Assembly: GCA_964447515.1 (NCBI GenBank)
Contig: CAYUSS010000001.1
Location: 4,092 to 68,091 of the forward strand
Length of the DNA stretch: 64,000 bases
Direction of reading: 5' to 3'
From: an uncultured Candidatus Saccharibacteria bacterium
GTDB lineage: Bacteria > Patescibacteriota > Minisyncoccia > Minisyncoccales > GWA2-38-27
The position numbers and the translations under genes were made by a program. Of the stretch, positions 58,045 through 64,000 are shown piece after piece. Below the pieces are notes generated by a model. It did not search any database. It worked only from the letters and a program-made list of their open reading frames with translations, and was not told the origin of the DNA. Numbering within the stretch: the stretch's first letter is position 1; every line of letters begins with the position of its first letter.

Positions 58045-58335
58045 TTACTCAATAATGGCGAGTACGTCTTCTTGTTTTGCAATTAAATAGTTTTTATTCT
58101 CGACCTTTATTTCATTTGGACCATATTTAGTAAACAAAACCTTATCTCCGGGTTTCACCTCAAGAGGAATAATTTTCCCGGAACCCGTTTTGCGGCCCGG
58201 TCCTGTTGCAATTACTTTCCCCTGTCCGGGTTTTTCTTTTTCAGCGGTCTGGGGAAGTAAAATTCCTGTTTCTGTTTCTTCTTCTTCTTTCATCGGTTCA
58301 ATAAGTATATGATCTGAAAGTGGTTTTATTTTCAT
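58045..58335 (-). CDS. groS: co-chaperonin GroES
   Basis: MKIKPLSDHILIEPMKEEEETETGILLPQTAEKEKPGQGKVIATGPG... The track ORF extends 11 codons into element B, and the start is set at MKIKPL. Confidence 0.85.
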   Translation of the reverse strand: MKIKPLSDHILIEPMKEEEETETGILLPQTAEKEKPGQGKVIATGPGRKTGSGKIIPLEVKPGDKVLFTKYGPNEIKVENKNYLIAKQEDVLAIIE

Positions 58336-58341
58336 AGTTCT

Positions 58342-58610
58342 GCCTGACAGGATTCGAACTATCGTCAACTTTAGAAGCGAGAGAATAGGTCAAATTCGAG
58401 GCACGACGACGAAGGAGTGTTAGATAACACTTCGAGGAGAAGTAACGAAGAAATTGGCCTATTATTTCGCTTCCCTGCGGGCAGGCGAATTTTATCCAGC
58501 CTCTTTGTTGCTCGTCGCTCGTGTGTGAATAACACACTTCACTCCTCGCGCCTTGAATCTGAATAAAATTCGCTCCGCTAAATTGATGTTAGTTCGAATC
58601 CTGTCGGGCT
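58342..58610. mobile_element. about 270-bp palindromic element with tRNA-like terminal inverted repeats (copy B, inverted relative to copy A)
   Basis: The reverse complement aligns end-to-end with 54066-54336 with few mismatches. It abuts the groES start codon. Confidence 0.7.
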
Positions 58611-58642
58611 AGTTTTATAATATTAGCAGTGACGACCTTTAT

Positions 58643-58715
58643 CCCCACACCAGAACAAGGACTGGCTTTGCCAATTTTCCCGCCTTCGGCGGGTTGTCCT
58701 TGTTTGGTGTGGGGG
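58643..58715. other. long GC-rich hairpin (about 20-bp stem) with nested inner hairpin; possible small RNA or regulatory structure
   Basis: ccccacaccagaacaaggac ... gtccttgtttggtgtgggg. The loop contains cccgccttcggcggg. It is followed by repeated TTGACAG/CTGTCAA motifs at 58760-58800. Confidence 0.4.
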
Positions 58716-58836
58716 TTTAGCTTGTTAATCATGTAATAATCTATTTTAATCATAATCAAAAATCTGTCAAGTAATTTGACAGTAGTTTGACAGCACTACA
58801 ATTGACTTTCGGCTCAAATCTTGATATCATTAATTT

Positions 58837-59193
58837 ATGCTCACAAGGTTGCTTTTTCATATTCTGGCTGGGATTTTAGGACTTTTCTTAGCTGCTCGTT
58901 TTGTCCCTGGGGTAGAATTTTTCGGCACTGTTAAAATGCTACTGCTCATCGGAAGCATTTTGGGTCTGATTAATTTTTTTATCAAACCAATTTTAAAAAC
59001 AATCAGTCTACCTTTAAGATTTCTAACTTTTGGATTATTCAGTTTAGTAATAAATATGGGCCTGGTCTGGCTCGTAGAAATACTTTTTCCTAAAGAATTA
59101 GAAATCACTGGTCTCATTCCTCTTTTTTACACAACAGTTATAATCTGGGGCTTGAATTTAATTTTTGGATTATATAATAATAAGAGAAAATAA
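58837..59193 (+). CDS. 4-TM membrane protein (YvlD/DUF360, phage-holin-IV-like family)
   Basis: Four predicted TM helices; family-level resemblance only. Confidence 0.45.
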   Translation: MLTRLLFHILAGILGLFLAARFVPGVEFFGTVKMLLLIGSILGLINFFIKPILKTISLPLRFLTFGLFSLVINMGLVWLVEILFPKELEITGLIPLFYTTVIIWGLNLIFGLYNNKRK

Positions 59194-59223
59194 TATACTT
59201 AAACCTCTTGCGAAAAAATTCTT

Positions 59224-59442
59224 ATGAAAACCTTTATATTAATCGCTCAAATCATCGTCTCTATTCTCCTAATTATTTTCATCCTTCTCCAGCAGAGAGG
59301 AACCGCCCTGGGTTCTGCTTTTGGAGGCGGAGGCGGAGGGTTCTACGCAACCCGGAGAGGCATCCAGAAAAAAATTTTCTGGGCTGCTATAATTTTTGGA
59401 ATTTTATTTATTCTTCTGGCATTAGCAAACCTCCTTACATAA
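59224..59442 (+). CDS. secG: preprotein translocase subunit SecG
   Basis: ...LLQQRGTALGSAFGGGGGGFYATRRG... Gly-rich loop between two TM helices. Confidence 0.8.
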   Translation: MKTFILIAQIIVSILLIIFILLQQRGTALGSAFGGGGGGFYATRRGIQKKIFWAAIIFGILFILLALANLLT

Positions 59443-59564
59443 TAAAATGGAATCAAGTTGATTAAGTTGACTAAGAGATCAACGTCTGTTGAAATCAATC
59501 TTCAACAGACATAATTTTTAAAAGCTAATATCCTAACCCCCTAATCTCCTAATCACCTAATTTA

Positions 59565-61571
59565 ATGTCTTCTTGGTCTAAAAAAAAGGGTTTTAAATGG
59601 CCCTCTAAACAGCAGTGGAGACAGTTTTTTAAAGTTCTAACAAAAAAAGAAAAAATTGCCTTCTTGATTTTTTTTCTTTTGGCTTTCAGTTCCCTTACTT
59701 TTATTTTACTCAACTTTTATTTTAGAAATACCGAGCTCAGCCCTGCTCGGGGGGGGATTTACACAGAGGGAATAATCGGCCAGCCCCGATTTATCAATCC
59801 AGTTTATGCCAACTCTGATGTTGATAGGGATTTAGTTGAATTGATTTTTTCCGGCTTAATGAAATACAATGAAAATCTCCAAATAATCCCTGATTTAGCT
59901 CAAGATTATCCTGAAATTGAAGAACAAGGAAAAATTTATAAATTTTTTCTGAAAGAAAATATTTCCTGGCAGGATGGTACCCCCCTTACAGCCGACGATG
60001 TAATTTTTACTATAAAAACAATTCAAAGCCCGGATTATAAAAGTCCTTTGAGGGCAAATTGGGTGGGAGTAGAAGCGGAAAAAATTAGCAAGTTTGGAAT
60101 TAAATTTGAATTAAAAAAACCCTACAGCGCCTTTCTGGAAAACTGTACTCTAAAAATTCTACCAAAACATATCTGGGAGAATATTTCTCCAGAAAATTTC
60201 CCTTTAGAAACTTATAATTTAGAGCCAGTTGGTTCAGGGCTTTACAAAGTAAAAAAAACAACCCAAAATAAATCTAATAAGATAAGTTCTTTGACCTTAG
60301 TTCCAAATTCTAACTATTTTAGAGAAAAGCCAAATATTTCTAAAATTAAATTTTTATTTTTTGATAATGAAGAAGAACTAACTAAAGCAGCTCTGCATGA
60401 AAAAATTAAAGGGCTATCTTTGAGTTCTTTTACAAATCTCGGTGAAAATTGGCAGAAATATTATCTTTCTCTGCCCAGATATTTCGCGATATTTTTCAAT
60501 CCAGATAAATCAAAAATCTTATCTGAAAAAGAAGTAAGAATAGCTCTAAATTACGCCACTAACAAAAAAGAGATTGTTAAAGAAATCTTAAACCTTGGAG
60601 AGTCTTCTCCAATTATTGAAAAAGAAGTTACTCATTCCCCTATTTTGCCAGAAATTTACGGATTTAGTTCTCCTTTAAATATTTATGAATTTAGTGTTGA
60701 AAAAGCAAAAAATATTCTGGAAAAAGCCGGATTCAAAGAAAATCAAGATGGTTTAAGAGAAAGGATCGTTAAAAAAGGACCTGCTTTTAAATTCAAAACA
60801 CGGCTAGTAGAAGATTCCCAGGGGAAAGAAGTAGAAGAGCTTCAAAAATGTTTAGCTAAATTCCCAAAAATTTATCCTGAAGGAGAAATAACCGGCTACT
60901 TCGGTCCAAAAACAAAACAAGCGGTTATTAGGTTCCAAGAAAAATATGCCCAAGAAATTTTAGAACCCTGGGGATTTAAAAATGGAACGGGATTGGTGGC
61001 TGAAACTACTAGAACTAAACTAAATGAGGTTTGTTTTGAGGCACCAGAAGAGACCTTACCTTTAAAATTTTCCCTGGTCACCGTTGACCAACCTCAATTA
61101 CTTGAAGTGGCTGAACTTTTAAAACAACAATGGGGAGTTATAGGAGCAGAAGTTAATATTGAAAAATTTTCTATATTACAACTTGAACAAGATTTTATTA
61201 AGCCAAGAAATTATGAAAGTTTACTTTTTGGAGAAGTTTTAGGAGCCCTTCCTGATCCTTTCCCCTTTTGGCATTCCTCCCAGAAAAGAGACCCTGGTTT
61301 GAATCTGGCAGTATATGAAAATAAAAAAGTTGACAAATTATTAGAAGAAATCAGAGAATCTTCAGGCCCCGAGATAAGAGCTGAAAAATTAGCTCTTTTC
61401 CAGGATATTCTAATTGAAGATACTCCGGCAGTATTTTTATACAGTTCAGATTATGTTTATCTGGTATCAAAAGAAGTTAAAGGAATAGAAGTGAAAAAAA
61501 TTGCCGACCCCTCAAAACGTTTCTCTGGAATTGAAAATTGGTATTTAAAAACTCGAAGAATTTTTAAGTAA
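59565..61571 (+). CDS. ABC transporter substrate-binding protein (family 5, peptide/nickel type) with N-terminal TM anchor and an inserted peptidoglycan-binding-like domain
   Basis: SBP_bac_5-like N- and C-lobes; an insert around ...ITGYFGPKTKQAVIRFQEKYAQEILEPWGFKNGTGLVAETT resembles the PG_binding_1 domain. Confidence 0.55.
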   Translation: MSSWSKKKGFKWPSKQQWRQFFKVLTKKEKIAFLIFFLLAFSSLTFILLNFYFRNTELSPARGGIYTEGIIGQPRFINPVYANSDVDRDLVELIFSGLMKYNENLQIIPDLAQDYPEIEEQGKIYKFFLKENISWQDGTPLTADDVIFTIKTIQSPDYKSPLRANWVGVEAEKISKFGIKFELKKPYSAFLENCTLKILPKHIWENISPENFPLETYNLEPVGSGLYKVKKTTQNKSNKISSLTLVPNSNYFREKPNISKIKFLFFDNEEELTKAALHEKIKGLSLSSFTNLGENWQKYYLSLPRYFAIFFNPDKSKILSEKEVRIALNYATNKKEIVKEILNLGESSPIIEKEVTHSPILPEIYGFSSPLNIYEFSVEKAKNILEKAGFKENQDGLRERIVKKGPAFKFKTRLVEDSQGKEVEELQKCLAKFPKIYPEGEITGYFGPKTKQAVIRFQEKYAQEILEPWGFKNGTGLVAETTRTKLNEVCFEAPEETLPLKFSLVTVDQPQLLEVAELLKQQWGVIGAEVNIEKFSILQLEQDFIKPRNYESLLFGEVLGALPDPFPFWHSSQKRDPGLNLAVYENKKVDKLLEEIRESSGPEIRAEKLALFQDILIEDTPAVFLYSSDYVYLVSKEVKGIEVKKIADPSKRFSGIENWYLKTRRIFK

Positions 61572-61579
61572 ATCATAAT

Positions 61580-62158
61580 ATGAAAAAGCCCCAAATAAGA
61601 TATTTATATGATATGAAAGAAGTTCTCTATGACCAGAAATGGGCAAAAACAGCTCCTAATTTTGAACTTTATTATATGTATAGGGGTATTAAAAAAAAGA
61701 ATGATTTAAGGTATGATATTACTGTCATCCCGGCTAAAATGTTAGGTCAAGAATTTGTTAAAACTAAAGGACACGAACATCTTGGAAAATTTGGAGAGGT
61801 CTACATTGTCCTTGAAGGTCAAGCAATCTTTTTGATGCAAAAGCAAGAAGGGCAGGAAATTGAAGATGTTTATGCTATCAAAGCTAAAAAAGGTGATGTG
61901 GCTATTATTCCTTCCTATTATGGACATGTTACTATCAACCAGTCTAAAAAAGATTTGAAAATGGCTAATTGGGTTTCTGACAATTGCGAAAGTGATTATC
62001 AGCCATTTTTAAAAAAACAAGGAGCTTGTTATTTCTATACTAAAAACGGCTGGATTAAAAATAAAAATTACAAAAAAATTCCCAAACTCCGCTTTGAGAA
62101 ACCTTTAAAATCAATGCCAAAGAATTTGGATTTCTTAAACCCCGTAGAGAAAATTTGA
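61580..62158 (+). CDS. pgiA: cupin-type glucose-6-phosphate isomerase (archaeal-type cPGI)
   Basis: Cupin metal motif KTKGHEHLGKFGEVY, and a size (192 aa) typical of cPGI. Confidence 0.55.
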   Translation: MKKPQIRYLYDMKEVLYDQKWAKTAPNFELYYMYRGIKKKNDLRYDITVIPAKMLGQEFVKTKGHEHLGKFGEVYIVLEGQAIFLMQKQEGQEIEDVYAIKAKKGDVAIIPSYYGHVTINQSKKDLKMANWVSDNCESDYQPFLKKQGACYFYTKNGWIKNKNYKKIPKLRFEKPLKSMPKNLDFLNPVEKI

Positions 62159-62228
62159 CTGCCTTTGGCAAATAGTGTTTTGTTTTACAAAACACCTGTC
62201 AAATTTCTTCTACGGGGTAAAGGGATAA

Positions 62229-62311
62229 GCCGGGGTGGCGGAACGGAAGACGCGGCGGCCCCAGGAGCCGTTGGAGGAAACTCCATGTGGGTTCGAATCC
62301 CACCCTCGGCA
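62229..62311 (+). tRNA. tRNA-Leu (anticodon CAG), type II, CCA not encoded
   Basis: Hand fold: acceptor GCCGGGG/CCUCGGC, D-arm GGCGGAACGGAAGACGC (Leu-like), anticodon stem GCGGC/GCCGU with loop CCCAGGA (C33 unusual), variable arm GGAGgaaaCUCC, T-arm GUGGGUUCGAAUCCCAC, A73. Confidence 0.7.
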
Positions 62312-62346
62312 TAGTAAAAGTTCAAATTTCAAAATCTTTCTAAACT

Positions 62347-64000
62347 ATGAGAAAATTCCAAAAACAATCAAATTTGCAAATAATCCCTCTGGGCGGTTTG
62401 GGCGAAGTAGGAAGAAATATGATGCTCCTTGAATACAAAGGGAAAATTTTGATTATTGATATGGGTCTTGGTTTTCCGGAAGAAGATATGCCGGGAATTG
62501 ATTGTATTATTCCCAATATTAGGTACTTGAAAGGTAAGGAAAAAAATATTTTAGGAGTGGTTATTACTCACGGCCATTATGACCATATCGGCGCCATCCC
62601 TTATCTGGTTGAAAAGATTGGCAACCCTCATTTTTTCACTTCTATTCTTACTCGAGGAATTATTTCAAAAAGACAAAAAGATTTTCCGAATTCGCCAAAA
62701 TTAGATATTACTACGGTAAAAAATGGCGACAGAATAGAATTAGGGCCATTTAAAATTGAATTTTTCCGGCAAAATCATAATATCCCAGGAAATCTTGGGG
62801 TTTTCATCCACGCTCCCATAGGAAATATTGTAATTACTTCTGATTTTAAATTTGACGAAAATCCAGTTAATGAATTGCCTACTGATTTTAAAAAACTAAA
62901 AGCATTAGGAAGAAGAGATATCCTACTTTTAATTTCAGATTCAACTAATGCCGAGGAACCCGGACACTCTTTGTCGGAAAAAACAATTGAACAAAACTTA
63001 GATGAAATCTTCAAAAAAACAAAAGGACGGATTATCGCATCTACCTTTGCTTCTCTTCTAAACAGAATTCAGCAACTTATTACCCTTTCTGAAAAATACG
63101 GAAGAAAAGTTTGTATAGAGGGCTATTCAATAAAAACTAATGTAGAAATTGCCAGAAACTTAGGATATCTAAAGATAAAAAAAGGCGCCTTAATTAAGGC
63201 AAAACAACTCACCGATTATCCCAGTTCAGAAATAACTGTTATTTGCACTGGAGCCCAAGGAGAAGGTCGGGCAGTGCTTATGAGAATTGCCAACAACGAA
63301 CATAAGTTTATCCATCTTAAAAAAGAAGATACAATTATTTTCTCTTCTTCTGCAATCCCTGGTAACGAAAGAACGGTTCAAGTTTTAAAAGATGAATTTT
63401 ATCGCCGAGGAGCAAAGGTTTTCCATTATAAGATGATGGATATTCATGCCGGCGGACATGCCCATCAAGAAGAACTTAAAGAAATGATAGAGATTATGAA
63501 ACCGAAATTCTTTCTTCCTGCTTATGGTCAATTCTCAATGTTGGTAACTCACGCTGAAATTGCTCAAAAAATAGGTATCCCCCAAAAAAATATTATTTTA
63601 GCTGAAAATGGACAAGTAATTAATTTAAGCAGAGAGAAAATCTTTATAGAGAAAAAAACTGTCCCTTCAAATTATGTTATGGTTGACGGTCTGGGTGTTG
63701 GAGACGTAGGAGAAATAGTTTTAAGAGACCGCCAAATGTTAGCCGAAGATGGAATGTTTGTTATTATAGTTGTAGTAGATAGACAAACTGGTCAGGTCAA
63801 GGGTTCACCTGATATAATATCAAGAGGATTTGTTTATTTAAGAGAATCAAAAGAGTTACTCGCCCAAACTCGGCACAAAGTAATTAACATTGTAAATAAA
63901 GCAGCCGGAAGCGGAGGAGCGGTTAACTGGGCTTATATCAAAGACGAAGTCAGAAACAAAATTGGCCAATTTCTTTTTTCAAAAACCCAACGAAGACCAA
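62347..64000 (+). CDS. rnj: ribonuclease J (partial; continues past the window end)
   Basis: Not in track (no stop in window). From ATG 62347: MRKFQKQSNLQIIPLGGLGEVGRNMMLLEYKGKILIIDMG..., metallo-beta-lactamase HxHxDH (VVITHGHYDHIGAIP), then beta-CASP. Confidence 0.85.
   Translation, partial: MRKFQKQSNLQIIPLGGLGEVGRNMMLLEYKGKILIIDMGLGFPEEDMPGIDCIIPNIRYLKGKEKNILGVVITHGHYDHIGAIPYLVEKIGNPHFFTSILTRGIISKRQKDFPNSPKLDITTVKNGDRIELGPFKIEFFRQNHNIPGNLGVFIHAPIGNIVITSDFKFDENPVNELPTDFKKLKALGRRDILLLISDSTNAEEPGHSLSEKTIEQNLDEIFKKTKGRIIASTFASLLNRIQQLITLSEKYGRKVCIEGYSIKTNVEIARNLGYLKIKKGALIKAKQLTDYPSSEITVICTGAQGEGRAVLMRIANNEHKFIHLKKEDTIIFSSSAIPGNERTVQVLKDEFYRRGAKVFHYKMMDIHAGGHAHQEELKEMIEIMKPKFFLPAYGQFSMLVTHAEIAQKIGIPQKNIILAENGQVINLSREKIFIEKKTVPSNYVMVDGLGVGDVGEIVLRDRQMLAEDGMFVIIVVVDRQTGQVKGSPDIISRGFVYLRESKELLAQTRHKVINIVNKAAGSGGAVNWAYIKDEVRNKIGQFLFSKTQRRP

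Noticed and set aside
58336-58640. CIRCE/HrcA operator (TTAGCACTC-N9-GAGTGCTAA) upstream of groES
   Set aside because: No match found; the region is occupied by element B instead.
62235-62432. 65-aa ORF overlapping tRNA-Leu(CAG); likewise 22174..22392 (-) overlapping tRNA-Leu(CAA)
   Set aside because: Overlap well-formed tRNA genes; ORFs are spurious.

Overview
This 64-kb window is low-GC (about 33% by eye) and gene-dense, and most genes are on the minus strand. It reads as a reduced-genome bacterium, possibly Patescibacteria/CPR-like; that placement is an inference. Stops include TGA (ftsA, smpB) and no long ORF carries an in-frame TGA, so the standard bacterial code applies. The gene content is housekeeping throughout. 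It includes clpB (partial), htrA, several glycosyltransferases, comEC, ftsA-ftsZ, ybeY, rpsU, hisS, lepB, pth, dprA, topA, folD, glyA, leuS, tatD, metG, glyQS, ileS, argS, smpB with an adjacent tmRNA, infC-rpmI-rplT, polX, greA, groES-groEL, secG, a cupin-type pgi, rnj (partial) and two tRNA-Leu genes. Two further GC-rich loci (36208-36563 and 48381-48809) have canonical sigma70 promoters, intrinsic terminators and no coding signal. They look like large structured RNAs; one is probably RNase P RNA and the other is unassigned. The window is unusually rich in structured repeats. (1) A dispersed hairpin family has a conserved 7-nt loop G[T/A]CGGG[T/C] and covarying stems. Copies sit in intergenic regions, in-frame inside comEC and dprA, and at gene 3' ends, where they supply terminal codons and stops. 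(2) Two 95%-identical ~270-bp elements with tRNA-like (T-arm/acceptor) terminal inverted repeats lie in inverted orientation around a 4-kb groESL block. (3) A mosaic ~150-bp repeat occurs as an inverted pair bracketing about 10 kb, with partial copies elsewhere. (4) A family of CCCCGTAGAA...TTCTACGGGG palindromic elements is also present. (5) An identical 30-bp (CTTGTAA)4 tract is inserted in-frame in both ileS and argS. There are also two anomalously GC-rich protein-coding islets. One carries a ParB-like nuclease-domain gene next to a decayed ogt pseudogene and a NUDIX gene. The other carries a 138-aa unknown protein with a small SD-led ORF downstream. No CRISPR array, transposase or integrase was seen.
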